Source: Sphagnum compactum (lineage: Eukaryota). From it: a DNA stretch of 64,000 nucleotides. Both the position numbers and the translations under genes were made by a program. This document shows, piece by piece, positions 25,054 through 39,100 of this stretch. The notes beneath the pieces are model-generated. The model had not been told where the DNA came from. It saw only the letters and a list, made by a program, of their open reading frames with translations, and made no database searches. The number at the start of each line of letters is the position of its first letter. Position 1 is the stretch's first letter. Location of the stretch: contig OZ234493.1 in the NCBI GenBank assembly GCA_965153455.1, forward strand, positions 18,094,213-18,158,212, in the 5' to 3' direction.

Positions 25054-26429
25054 GAGGGGTTCTCAATATAAGTGTCCCTCAACTCCACAATTTTCCACAT
25101 TGGGCGGGTGCTTATTCACAAACACCCCACTCCAAGGGCACTTTTTGGAATGCCCTACCTTTTGTGGAGGAAAGATTCCACTTGATAACATTGCTTCCAA
25201 ATACACTAAATTTTTTAATGATGGGTATAAGGTGCCACATTACTCACAAATATAGGGTGCCCTCAAAGAGACTTGGGAAATTTCTCCAAGTGCTTTATGT
25301 ACTATTATCCAATCCATCGGAATTTGTTGTCTTATAAAAAAATGCTTGTGGAAAGCGCCTAGTGCCGAAGCTTGCATCTCCAACTTTATGATATTGAGAA
25401 CTTTATTCAAGTGCTCTTCACCATCATGAAGAGCAGCCACATGTTTCCCTTTCTTTTTTTCCCAGCATTGTTGCAATAATTTCACTTGCAAAAAGCATCC
25501 AAATTGGGCATACACAAATGCCTCTTTCAGTTGTAATTTTGTGCTTTATGTGCACACATGCATGCAACAAACGACCTTTACAATATCATTGTGGACCCAA
25601 TCACCAAATTTCAGAAGCAGAGACCCATCATTTCAATTTTTTAAAAAAAATCAGAATCAAAGAACCACCAATTCCTACCATTTCAAAACCTCCCAGAATC
25701 GACTGTTTTGGGGAAAGAACTTGTAAAGAACCAACAATTATTTTATTTTATTTTTCATGAAAATCAGGGTTCTAAATCAGAAAACTGGTTCTTTCCAAAA
25801 AATAAAATAAAAAAAAATCAGAGAAAAGCTCGGGAACCTTAAGAACTGCCCTGATAACCGTTGGGGTTTCGATGGTGCAATTTCTAATACCCGCCCACCA
25901 CGGGACCAAACTCTTTATGGCCTTGTTCTAGTCATAAGGAAGTGAGTGTATCTACTAACTCATTTGGATCATCTTGATCACAAGCTTCTAATAGGATTTC
26001 ATGGAACCAGAAGTTTTGGATTTGAAATATTGTAAAAGTCAATATTTGAAAGATTTGCAGTCTTGATTTTTTCAGAAGTTAACCAAAAATAGCCCAAAAT
26101 TCAGATCCTTGGAAACAGAGCGTGCAAATTGAAGAAGAAGAAGAAAAAAAAAAAAAAACTATTTTTTTGAGATCTATGATATTTCAATTCTCAAGCATTA
26201 AAAATTTGTCACTACCGACATTGAAATCATAAGAACCTATTTTTTTCATTACCACCAAGCACATTTATCCCATTCAATTGGAAACACATGATGGGTTAGT
26301 CATATGTCAAACCTTTTTTTATCAAAAAGGTTTTGGAATTTATACCATTTCAAACCCCAGACAAGTCTTGATTTATAGTTGTGTTTTTTTTATGTGTCCA
26401 TCTTTGATGGACATTTGTGATGACACATT

Positions 26430-27290
26430 CTTTAGGTCTATCCTAGAAAATGACTCCATTTTCTCAAATTTAGAATTCACATTACTTTTTGTTCAAGCAA
26501 GGGAACATGACTATGGTTGGTTGCTAGGTCATCTATTTGTTCGTTTTATATTGCACACTCTATTTTCATCTTAGCATTATGTTTTTGTTTCAATTTGATT
26601 CAGTTTTTGACATTTAGTTTTCTCACATGTGAATATGAACACAGGTTGGACGCATTTGGCACGCACTTAGTTCATTGTTTGTTTTAAAGTCAATGGATAG
26701 TCACACATGAAGCCATCTGAGATGTCATGTATGCCTTCGTTTAAGAGAGTGGGCACGTTGTATGGAGAGAGCAATGGTACTCCATTACATCAATATTTCA
26801 TTATGAGCCAATCTCTACATGACATGAAAGGATTAAGTTTTCATTATCAATTTGGTGGTTACTGACCTGATGCAGGAGACGATGGCTTCAACTGTCATTA
26901 GTCGATCGGCATGTGCAACTATGGAATTTAACGCCAATTCTAAGATCCGCAAGTATAGAGAGTTTCATGTGGGACACGATTTTATCCCAATGGCCATGGA
27001 GGTGCACAACACACTCGAGCATGATGGATTGTTTCATCAAGGAGTTTGCCTATCTTTTCCAGGATAATGATTGAGAGGTCATTTATCCTTGTCTTTTTGC
27101 ATTCAATTTTTCAGGCAGCATTTTCGTATTGATTTTTAGCGTGCTTTAGTCGTTGCTATTAAAAAAAAGATTGCGTTGGTGGGTGATGCTTGTTCTAAAC
27201 CTCCCATTACTATTAGATCTCATGATTTATATGCAGGCAACATTAAAAGGGTCGTGGGTGAAATAGCTTCCTACCGCGAGAGGGACTAAC
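26430..27290 (+). pseudogene. 3' fragment of a CRE-like non-LTR retrotransposon ORF (CCHC finger plus restriction-like endonuclease)
   Basis: CEYEHRLDAFGTHLVHCLF*SQWIVTHEAI*DV (~26628-26727) fits C-x-C-x7-G-x-H-x3-C...THD.IRD. Then LVVTD...SKIRKYREFHVGHDFIPMAMEVH matches the PD-(D/E)xK RLE pattern K.RKY......F.P.A.E. Confidence 0.7.
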
Positions 27291-28927
27291 TACTCCCTTT
27301 GTTTGGTTCTTGCAAGTTGTATGTCTTTTGGCCTTCCCTTTTTGTTTCCCCTATGATGGTTCCGGCCATCGATCTTTTATTGGATTTTTGTGTGCCATCT
27401 TGTGTTTCTATCGAGATGATCTCCATTCAATCCATCTTCATCATCTAATTTTAATACCACCCATTAGAACTCCAGTTGCACTTAATTTCCATATTCATCT
27501 TTTCTTAAGAAGAAGATGGGGGCATGTGCCTAGTATCAAAGAGCCCTCCCACTGGTATTACCTGAGGTAATACTAGCCTTGGATCAATTCCAGCTTGGTA
27601 GAGTCCTGAGGTAACAACATGTATATTCTTGCCTTATGCCAATTTCAACTCAAGGCATACACCAGAGTGGGGCAGGTATTAGAAATTGCACTAAACCCCA
27701 GTTGGGTATCAAAGTTGATAATCACGGTTATCAAAAAATCAAATACCCAGATTTGATATATAATCACAGTTATCAAAAAATCAAATACCCGATTTTGATA
27801 TATAACCACAGTTAACAAAAAAATCAAATACCTGGTTATTATATATAGACATGGTTTTTAATTTTTTTGAATAAATTCAAATAGTTGCCTACAAGGCATC
27901 CAGTCTTTGCCATCCATTCTTTTTCAATGATAATGTGGTTACCTTCCACATTGATGTAGCACTGTAAAGATCCCTCCTTTGGTGCTGGCCTCGAGGTACA
28001 CACTACACACTTTGGTTTGAATGTTTGAATCAATGTTGGGTGGGTACCAGCTAAATTTCAGGAGGAGAAAGTGACTAGAATGACTGGAGGCAATACCAAC
28101 CTCATTAATACCAGAAAGGTATCAGTACCTGCCCATCAAGGACCCAAAGTGATACCACCTTCATATCAAGGATGTACCAAACTCAATACAAGGTGTATAC
28201 CTACCTCAGACCGCCAAAAATCAGCCTTTGACCCTAATACCACATAGTGGCTGGTATGAAAGTTTTACAAAAGATACCATGGCACATTGCATTAGAGTCA
28301 AGGTTTACTGTAAGTTATTGGAGAGCTCTGAAATGCTGGTAGCAAGTTTGGGCACAACCATGTCAAACATGTCAGCAAGATTTTAGGTCTAAGAGATAAG
28401 GTATGCATGAGAATTCAACACCCATCTCTTAAGACATTGTCAGTTTAAGAAGATGCTGTGAATCAGTGCAGCTATAAGAAAGAGGTAACATTTTGTTAAA
28501 GCTTCTTGGAAATTGTAAATGACTACAACGCCAGCAAGGCCTTAGTCATTTCACATTAACCAGACTTATAATGTGAAATAAGATCACAATCTCCACTGAT
28601 TTGTCAAAGGAGACAAGAAATCTGTGGCTCAAAATTCTTCTGGAGCAATCTAGGCTGATACCACATCTAGGAGTTGCAGAATAAAACAAGTGCAGCCATA
28701 ACCTTATGAAAGTTGCTCACACAGTGTCTCATCATCACCTTCCTCATCAACACCAGAGGCTGCTACCAGCCTGTAGCTCCATTGCCTCAATAAATCACAG
28801 TATATGCAACAAGGAAAATTTCACACTGGGGATGTCTTGATTGCAACCATAGCTACTGGAACATCTTCTCCTCAATCCTGAAAAATGTCATATTTTGGAA
28901 GGTCGATTATAGCCACTGACCACAATC

Positions 28928-30994
28928 TCACTTTCCCCTGCAGCCAGCAAACATTGACAAAACTTAGGACAAAACCATAATGCCAATGAGACCCTTGGGG
29001 ACAACACTTTCAGACAAAACCATAAAATGTATAACTAAAAGTCTCTCTGATAAACACATGAACAGGTGACTAATGAAGAACCATGTCATGACTTGATTCA
29101 GCTTTTTACAGCAACATACAGGTCATTTCAAGAGTCATCATCCTAGCAACCATAACATGTCAAATTTGTCACACAAACTCTGATGCCAAACAGAAATATG
29201 AATGAGAATCTTATGACATGAACAAGAATATCAAACTTTTGACTTACGTGTTCATCATCAGTGTGATGTTATCCCCTTTTAACAAAATCCGGCCTGCAAG
29301 AAAGAAAAAAACATGCAGTGAGATATTCAATCTTAGGCAGTGAAGAGATGAGTACACACCATGATCACAAGCACAAAACATAGTATAGACTACTACTAAC
29401 CACCATTCAAAGGGCATAGATTGTGGAGAAAGACTCCTTCTCTAGAAGAAGAGAGCTTTCCTCACTTGGCAAAGTTGATACTTTCCCTATAGAGCTGTAG
29501 AGTTAATGAGATGATAATCAGCTCAGGGTTTAGGGTTTCCAATCTCTCATTTGCCCAGATCTAACCCAGCATGACTTACCTAGAGGCTTGCGTGTCTTCT
29601 TCTTCAAAGAAATTTCCTCAGCTTCATCGAGAACCAGATTCATGTATTCATCAAACCCCTGCCAAAAAGAGACAGAATCAAAACAATTCAAATGAGAAAC
29701 CAAGCATGAAAGAAGCACATTCTGAAATTCAATCTCCTATTTACCAGCATCGGATTTTAGGGCCATTAGAAGAGAAACTTACAATGATGCGCCCTTCAAT
29801 CCTCATATCCTTCTGCTCAAATAGCCAGAACTGGATCCGTGATTTCTGCACAAATGTCAACACATTGGCTTTAAACAGTGAGAATCTGTAAGAAAACTGA
29901 ACAAACCAAGACCCAAAATAAGACAAAGCATGGTCATTTGTGGCCTGATCATTGCTCTTATCACCCCCATTTATCATTCTCAGAAGCTTGAAGCTGCTAT
30001 TCAGTACTGAGAAAAGAAGGGCTTACACTTTGCAAGAATCGGAAAATCAGATTCTGAAGGTGTCAAAATTGGTTGAGCCGCACCATGACCATGCACAGTT
30101 CACACCCACAGCAGCAACAAATTAGCACAGAAACTTGTCCACATGCGGAGTGTCTGAGAATCTCAGCTAGCACCTGGGCACAATGTGTATGCAGCAATAC
30201 AGAAAGAAAATCTTCTAGCAACAAAATGAAACCAAATGAAACAATTGGTGCAACACCAAGTCCCACATGCCTACAGAACTGCAGACCTGAGACTATGGTG
30301 CTATTCAGTACTGTCCACACTGGGCGGTGATTAAGGAATAGAACTGTGGACAAAGCCTGTAACCCTAGAAATCCAAAGCTGCAAATGAATGCCCATCAAC
30401 TGAAGCAGACCTTGTAGACTCACATAGCAAAATCCACATAAAAAACTCCAGAAACATGAAATACCAAATTTCCAGTCTCACAATCCTTACCCCCAAAAAA
30501 ACCCTAAAAACACATCATGTGTTCAAAGCTACCTCATATTCTTGCTTCAAGAAAACTAGGGTTTCAGGATGGCCTAGTTATGACGCACAGCCATTAACTG
30601 AAGCAGAACTTCTAGATTCAGATAGCCAAATCCACACAAGAAAACCAGAAACACGAAATACCAAAATTCCAGTCTCACAATCCTCGGCAAAAAAAAACCC
30701 TAAAAAACACCATCATCTGTTCAAAGATACCTTGTGCTCTTGCTTCAAGAAAACTAGGATTCCACGGTAGCAAACAGAGCATACATGGCGCTTCAGTAAT
30801 GTGTCATCCTTAAAAGCTGAATTCGAGCTAAAAGAGAGAACTCCTCGAAGCCACGACAAAAAAAAATTTGGTGACGATGTTTACATTTACACACTAAAAC
30901 CCAAAAGAAGGAAGCGATGCTCAAGAAAGAGAAGGGAAAGAAGAAGACGAACAATAGGCTGGGTCATGATCCGTTGCACTTTGGTGGTCGCCAT
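28928..30994 (-). CDS. SmE: Small nuclear ribonucleoprotein E (Sm core protein), 88 aa, 6 exons
   Basis: complement(join(30953..30994,30027..30053,29783..29845,29580..29658,29248..29293,28928..28937)), all [92 protein letters not shown]. Confidence 0.97.
30393..30770. repeat. ~198-bp tandem duplication in SmE intron 1, each copy with a telo-box (AAACCCTAA)
   Basis: ccat(c/t)aactgaagcaga...ccagaaaca(t/c)gaaataccaaa.ttccagtctcacaatcct...aaaaccctaaaaa...tcttgcttcaagaaaactagg starts at ~30393 and 30591. Confidence 0.85.
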
Positions 30995-32258
30995 GGCTGC
31001 CGCTCTTCTCTCTTTCTTTCCCTCGCTCGTCGCTGGTCCAGAAACAAACACTCCTTGGCGAAGCACGCAGTCCAGAGAGCGATGCCGCGACGCAGAGAGA
31101 GAGAGAGAGAGAGAGCGCGCGCGAGCTTTCCCTCCCGCGCAGTAATGCCAGGCACCGGGTAACGGGTATAATTGATACCCTCCAATTTCTTAGAGGTTGA
31201 TGTCCGCCGGATGTCATCAACCCTGTGGATTAGGAGGTAAAGTCTAGAGTCTAGAGCCCACTTTGAATTTGAAGGGATATTTCAGTGCATTTATGACTAG
31301 GTACATAAAAGGGCCATTTAAGAGTTTAGAGATAATTTGGCCAACAACACCCAAGCCATCATCCTTAGGAGCAAAAAGAGGGGAATTTCTAATTTCTAAT
31401 TTGGAATATGAAATTGGAAGTTGTGAGCAAGAGTGAAGCAAAAATCTAACAAGAAAACAAATTTCAAATCAATGAAAGAAATAGGTTTTAAAAAATGCTC
31501 CTATTTGACTAATTTCCTATGTGACACCGAGTGACAAAGGACACCACATTCAAAAACATTAAAACAAGGGGTGTGTCACACTATGGCCTTGCCATTTACA
31601 TTAAAAAGAATATTAAGGCAAAAGAAGAATTATGAAAACTCAAATATTTCACCATGCCAAAATATAATTTTTCAAAAATCCAAAAATTAAAAGAAACCAA
31701 AATCCTTCAAGATATATTATAACTCTATAGCTAATCTCAAGTTTCAACACAAGCCAAAATATCATCTTTCAAAAATCCTCATATAAAAATAGACCTAATA
31801 TTATTATTACCTAGTAGGGGCCAAAATCCCTTAAGCTACTATTACTCTATAATGAATCTAAACACAATATCATTGCCTTTGGTAGGCAAGGCCAATAAAT
31901 AAATAATTTGACAAGAAAGTGCTCATTATCAATGTAGGTATGGTATTGCTTATAAACAACCCACTCATATGGCCTAATAAAATCTTTTGCACAATGCAAT
32001 TTTCTATTTTGAATATGTAAAGTTTTTTATTTTGAATATTCAATTACCAATTAAATTGTGCTTGTAATTATCCTTTTGCTTAACATGAAGATTATCTTAA
32101 ATTACAACAAAGGATTAATTGACAAGTTTTTCATTGGTTGCAAAATTGTGGTGAAAGAATTTTATGGACCTATTCTTGTTCGTCTTCTCCAAATGAAGCT
32201 TTTTACAATTTCATGCATTATGTGCTTATTATTATCTAATTAGATAAACAAACTAGTG

Positions 32259-32511
32259 TAGTACCTTGTCAACTTTGGCTATAAATTATATTCTTTTAGA
32301 AATGCTGAAACTTTCCATATATATATATATATATATAATTTATTATTTATTATTTATTATTTATTTTTCTCAAAGAGATTTTTTTCGGTGAAGGAAAATA
32401 AAGAATATTTTGAAACATTTTGGAGTATTTTGCGGTTCAAAATGGAATGTTCAAAATTTAATTAATTGAAGACTTGAAGCTTTGACATGTGCCGAAGCCA
32501 CCAAGGCACTA
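32259..32511. mobile_element. MITE, inverted diverged copy of the 22223 family with a (TA)n expansion
   Basis: Ends tagtaccttgtc... and ...caccaaggcacta; the interior is the reverse complement of copy 1. Confidence 0.7.
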
Positions 32512-33529
32512 CAATACTTGACAACCTTTGGATTGTAAATAAAAGAACAAACACTAAAACATTCTTGACATGTGATCCTTTAAACTTTTTGATACTCCTT
32601 CAAAACCCATTTGGTCATATGTGTTTAATGTTCTTTTTAGGCAAAATTTTGCTTTGCGATGATAGCGAATGTCTTTATGCGGAGCAGCCAACGGATTTAG
32701 GACCATCAAATCATTGTCAAATTGCTAAGTTCTCCACCATTTAGATGGGGAACATAACCAACATCAGGATGGTGATTTGGATTTTACAACTTAACGGGCA
32801 ACTAAACCTTACCATATAATGCCACATATAGCCACCTCCCCCCTATGGATCCATGTTTGTGTATCCACTCTCCTCAAGTTCAAGTTCATTACCATCACTT
32901 GTTATGCACCTTGTGAGTTAAAGTTTGCAACCTAGTGGATTAAAGGTTTTATGTTGGGAGTGGGTTAGTAAAATGAGTTATGCATTGGATTACGACAAAT
33001 GTGTTGGGCTCATGAATGTTAAGAATGTGACAATGAGACTTGATGGTTATTGATCTCGAGCAAAGCAAATCTTGCATACGACCCACTTATGGCTTCAAGA
33101 TAGGTATAACTTATAATGAGTTCCAAGTTTGAGTTGATTTTTGTCTTGTTCGGATTTTGTTGCATTCATAATTAGGATGTTGTTTTGTCATTGGAATTTG
33201 GTGCCTTTGTTGGGTTCTTGAATGTTAGGAATGGAGCAAAAGCTAAAGGGAGGAACATATCTATGGCATCAAGGTACAAGCTATTCCCATGTTCCAACTT
33301 GGATTTCATTTTTGGCTTGTTTGGATTTTGTTACATTCATAATGGAAGTGTTATTTTGCAATCATTGTCCTTGATAGGTTATTTTGCCAAGAATGGGACT
33401 ATGATTAAAGGGAGGAACAAAATTTGTGGGTTCAAGGTTCAAGCCCTTCCAAAGCTCCAACTTTAACTTTAAGCTTGTGTCCACTATATACATTCCCCAA
33501 CCTAGTTTATTATAATAAAGAAGGGTTCA

Positions 33530-34266
33530 TGTCATGACCATTGCCTTGGCCTTGCAACCGAAGAGTGGGGCGAGACAAGATAAATGAGCTAGAATTAATT
33601 CGAGGCATGACATGGCCCAAACACATATTCCCAAGGTGATATAGAAGTGTGTGAAAGTACAAGGGAGAAACCCTAACATTGTCAAGTGCATTGCCATTTG
33701 AAAGCTCTTGAAAAGAATCAAGATAAGATGAATGCCCAAAAATATAGTTGTTTTTTGACATGTACAAAAAATTAGGACAAAATTGTGTGAAACGTTTCCA
33801 AGTCTTCCACACATTCAGACTTCATCTTGTAGTCGCAAATTGTTTTCATTTACAAAATCTACAAGAAAATGGGGTTGCATGTCTAATTTGATTGCACTTT
33901 TGCTGAGTTATGGGTATTTGAAGTTTTGGTACACCATTTGTCTTGAAATTGAAAACAAGTCTCAAGAGTCTTGCGAATTTGCCACTTTGATGTAAGTCTC
34001 ATGATAACTTATAGGATATACTTTGTTAAGGAGGAAGGTGGTGCATCAATCTGAGTTGTGATGAATCCAAGATGAGTTCATGACATGTCGCAAATTTGGG
34101 TTCAACTACAATAATCACCTCCTAATTTGATTTGTGTGGTTAATATAACCAGAAGCTGCACTAGTAGCGTTTCATCCTAATCTTGTACCAAAACTCGTAC
34201 AAAATCTTCTTGTTTTGATTTTAAGAGTAAATAGAACACACCCAAGAGATGAAAGTCTTCTACATC
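33530..34266 (+). mobile_element. Possible decayed solo LTR
   Basis: Starts tgtcatgaccattgccttggccttgcaacc, resembling moss LTR 5' ends as I recall them; non-coding interior; 3' end (..tacatca) uncertain; no TSD verified. Confidence 0.35.
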
Positions 34267-36155
34267 ACAACATATTGAAGAATTCCATTGTGGCAAGCCT
34301 TTGGAGTGTGTAAATGTCATTCTTTGTGGCTATGGCCACTCCAAAACCCCACTTCCAACTTCAATATTGCCTTTTCTTATTTTCTTATGTAGGTGGTCAA
34401 TCTAGAAGGATAAATGTTGAGCTTGGTGCATGGGGAGAGGACAGTCCTTCCTCCAATTATGAAGGGATTCTCCTTGATAAGGGTATTCCTGAACTACAGA
34501 TAGGAGGAGGCCTGTCTGGTGACTAAAGTACTCCAAGGGACTCGTTTGGACAGGTCTCAGAAAAATCAGCTTTTAGATTTTTCTTTGACAGATACTCACA
34601 GTTGCTCAATTACCGAATTTCACCAACAATGAAATGGACATACATTTGAGCATTAAATACAGAACTTACCTCTCATGAAGAATTTGTAGTTCTCTGGAAG
34701 CCAGATGTGCTAAATCATGAGCTTTCATAAGCTTGACAGCCATTGCTAGGCAAGAAACATTGGGGCACTTGACATCCCAAGTCCATCACACCTGATGGTC
34801 ACTTCTGGTAATCACAGTGGGAAGAGCAAGTCTCTTGTGGAACATGTACTTCAACAATTCATGCAATCAGTGTCACGACAGGTCCCCAACTGCGCATGCT
34901 GTTCCCAGTAGAGGGATCACACTTTCCTAAGCTATAACCCTAAACATGAGCAGACTGGCTACCTCTTACTTTTCCGGTTCTTATTTCAGTCCCACTGAAA
35001 TTGATGACTCAGCAGTACCAACAAACAAACCCACAACCCATAAGAACATTCATAAACTGAAGGTGATTGAACCCACTGCAATTCTTCATGTATTGCTTCA
35101 CCTCTTGACGAGGATTTATTTGAACGTCTGAAGCATAAACTCTTACTTTACAGAGGCTGTGAGAAATGGGCATCAATCCAGCTTTTCATAGAAAGAAGGG
35201 TCTTCTGAAGGAACTGAAACAACTCTTTAATCCACAATATAGAGGATGCTACTGTTAGAACAGAGCTTTCTAACACCCCCAAACTTTGCTTTTACTTTAC
35301 AGCAGAAAGGAATTCCTGAAGAATTCACCTTGGAGTGGGGGACACAGAAGCCTGGGACTCACTCTGCAGAGACAAACTTGCAAAGGAAAAATCCCTTCTA
35401 CACAGAAAGGGAAACAATATAACAAAAAATGGTGCCAACTTACCCTGGACTCTTTGAAGCCAGAAGCCACAGCTAGTGGTTTATTGCATGTTTATAGGCC
35501 CCCCTCTGATAAATAATTAGCTTGATAAAAACTTCTTCACAACACCTGTACCGCAGATCCACTATCTGGTGCACCACTGGTAATATCAGCCATATGATGA
35601 TCAACCTTTGTCCATAAAAACAAAGCAGCTGCACCCTCGAACGGATTGCCTGTAAACACAACATTTGATGTCAACACATTCCTTCAATGACTACCAAATT
35701 CAAACTGCAATATTTTGCAAACACATGGTAGGTTGCACACCTGAAACCTGCAGTCTCTTCTGCCTCTCACTTATGAACACTCTTATTGGTTAACCCCAAG
35801 AACCATTTTGCACATTCAAGATGCCCATCCCTCCTCAGGTCACTAAGGACAAGTTCAAAAGGATTGTGGACATACCAGGCTGCAGAGCTGGTATCTCAGA
35901 CGACCCAGAAATGACTTTCCGGTGGTGATGAATTGAACAAACAGGTGTGCATATACTGGTATGCTTGTACTCAGAGCCAATTTTACAAAATGCTAACAAG
36001 AGTGAGAGCCCTTTTCTGCCCATATCCAATCATGGCCCTCTCTCTATCTAGGATGAAAGAGGGTCCAAACAGCCATTAGAAATGCTGCCTGCCTGTGGGT
36101 GAATCAAAGGCACATATTCCATGAGCGAACTGAGTCATGCATCAGGTGGACATGT

Positions 36156-39100
36156 TCAGAGAGTAGTCCCATTTTCACTCAATAGCTGTAGGATACCCAA
36201 CATTTGCAGGAAAGGGTTCTCAAGCAGTTTCTCATTGTTGCTCTGTTGCATCACACCAACCCAAAAACTTACACATTAGCCTCATTCCCTTCAACAGTCT
36301 CTTTACTTGCCAGTAGACCTGACTCCCTATAGGGGCATCCCTGGCACAACTCTTTTTGTAATTCATCAGCTAAAACTAGTGTAAAACATCTACAAATCAG
36401 CAACTGTCAGCATGGATACTCTGTGATACTGCTGGGAATAGATTATCAAGGAATTTTGTTCCCAATTACATCCTTGCTCTTACATATCCTGATAAGACAC
36501 TGCACTAGCAATAGATAAAGGATGCGCCTTGTATGGCCAAGTGCCTCACACACCTGCTGCGCTTTGAAGACAAGATTGTGAAGCATTCGCTGATACATTT
36601 CTGGCTCCTCTCTCATCATTCTCTTCAGCAAAAAAGCTGATGTGTAGTAAGCAATCCGTGCATCTGAATCATCTAGTAGTGACCTGGTAGGCAAGAATCA
36701 TGAACAGAAAATTAGGTTACCAAGTTACTAGACAACACCCTATTCCCAAGCTGCAGCAATTCAGGATAAACAATGTAGATCATCAATTGCAATTTGGGCA
36801 CTCCGCATCTTCTGACCAATTCCAATGATTGCAATACAGGATTCATGTATGTCTAGAAAATTTAGAATTTCTAAACACAGAGAAAAATAGAGCCATGTCA
36901 AATCAGATCATCTAATAATGCGGCTACACATATTCTGAAGTAAAATCACACTTCCCATGCTAGCTAGTTTTTCCACTGAACCTGGGCCCCTTGACTGTGC
37001 CAGCAACATCCCATGAGGGTTGTTCCCAGGGACAGTCCCTTCAAATCAAGAAGGCACAAGAAGATGCAAGAAGACACAATGAAGGCTTCTCCTACATGAT
37101 GTTTATTACCCTGCTTGTGATTCAAGTGCAGAGCTCCTAACTGAAAACATTATGATGTCACATCTCACTCTTCCTGGGATGTTTGGAAAGTACCTGAAGA
37201 ACTCTTCACCGCCAACCTCGTCCAAGGCAGCCTGATACGCATTACATTTGCCAATGAGAAGCAAGAGTAGGGCTGCCCGGACATCACAAGTGCCCCCATG
37301 TACAGTACCACCACCCCGGCTGCCCACAGCAATCCCCAGTGCAACATCATCATTTGCAGAAGCAGCAAGCTGCATCAATGGCCAGTACAGTAGTGCTGTG
37401 GGCATATTTGCAACTAGCAACTTTGGGGCTGCAGCCTGCCCATTGAGCAGCATTGCAACCATGGAGCTGTCATCGACTTGAATATTACTGATTGTTGTTG
37501 TATTCATCATACTTCTGGTCTCCACGACTGGTTTGTCTGATTCCAGTGATTTGGGTTTCTTATCCTCAAAATTTGATGCCATATCTAGTCTCCCATTGGA
37601 CAATGAATGTCTCTGTTGCTGATCAAATGACAGTTTCTGCTGGCCTGCATTTGGTGATAATGTTGGGAGAATTGGCCACTTAACACAGAGCTGTGTGAAC
37701 ATCATGTTGCACATCTGTATCACATCCACCCAGCTCAATTATGTGCAGATCAAGAGACATAATATGATCAGAACTAACCACACAGACTCCACATCATGTA
37801 CCTGAAGCCCTACCTAACCACAGTTTTCAACTTGTGTAACTACAATACAAAAGAGTGGCCCATTCCACCCACCCAGGACACACAGAAGCTTCAGGGCATA
37901 TTCCACAGGTCTGCCCTCCTTACCAACTTACAAATCGGTGAAGATTTGTGGAGGTTACAAACTACCAACAAAAATGCATAACATGGAATGGATCCTATGC
38001 AGACATGAGCATCAGAACTGGCCAGACTCATCTAAACTGGAAGAGATAGGCTGACAGTTGGATCTGGCCAACCATTGTGTCATTCTGAGCTTCTCTTCTA
38101 CGGTTTGGGTTCAAATGAAGATCAATGCATATCTCCATTTGGTGAGTACTTTACTTGATTCCTCGGTAAATTTCAAAGAGAGATTAAAAAATTTCCACAG
38201 CCATGAATCTAAATTCTCACATTGTTCCATGATCCCTGGCACAGAGAAACTATACTCAAGGCAGATGGTCTCATAAACTACATTGTGGAAAGAAACTAGA
38301 ACAAGACAGGAGTGCAACCGATGCATCCAGAAATAAAGATTAAAATTACCTGCAAAATGTTGATCCGGTCTGTATCGTTTGCTGAAATAACTTGCCACAA
38401 TGCCCCATTCATAAGCCCCAGCATTGCAAGAGCCCGGCCTTGTGCTCCTGTAGTTCTCAGTCCATCCTTGGTTTCTCCCCCTTCCCCAGATGGAGGGGGG
38501 ATTTCTAGTTCCAACCCAGGCCTCTGACATTGCAACAGAAGCTTTTCTAAAACAAGAACAAATCCGCGCCTTACGACAGGTTGGTTTGACTTCAAGAGTC
38601 CACACAGCAAGCGGACAGATGATGAAATAGTCAGATGGTTTCCATCCAGTGATGCTTCACTCTCAGCTGCCCGTTCAAGACTGCCCAAAAACGAAATTTG
38701 CCGCTGCAATGCATGGGTATTGAATTTACTGGACTGTTTGGAACCCCCGCAAGCCATTTCAGCTGCAAGAAGCTCAAGAAGCCACGAGTACCCATTGGAT
38801 CTGCAGAGTGCCTGACTGGAGTGAAGAAGAGCATGAAGAGTAGCCCAGGCTTTTGAGACCAAAGTTGGATCCAGAGCCATATCTCTCACAAGAGCACTAC
38901 TTTTGCTGACATCACCACTGGTCAGCCCCTCACTGACCATGGTCACCTTAATCAGCTGCTCAAATTCCACATCTGGGTGTGTATGTGCTGATGCTAGTAT
39001 GTCAAGAGATCTTGTGATGTCCTCTAGTAACTGTTCAGAAGGTCAACGGCATCAGCATAAGAATGGGTGTTTCTTGTAAGAACCTTGCAAGCTCAAAAGT

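Noticed and set aside
25240-25515. 91-aa minus-strand ORF
   Set aside because: No recognisable motif or convincing splice context; it lies among repeats.
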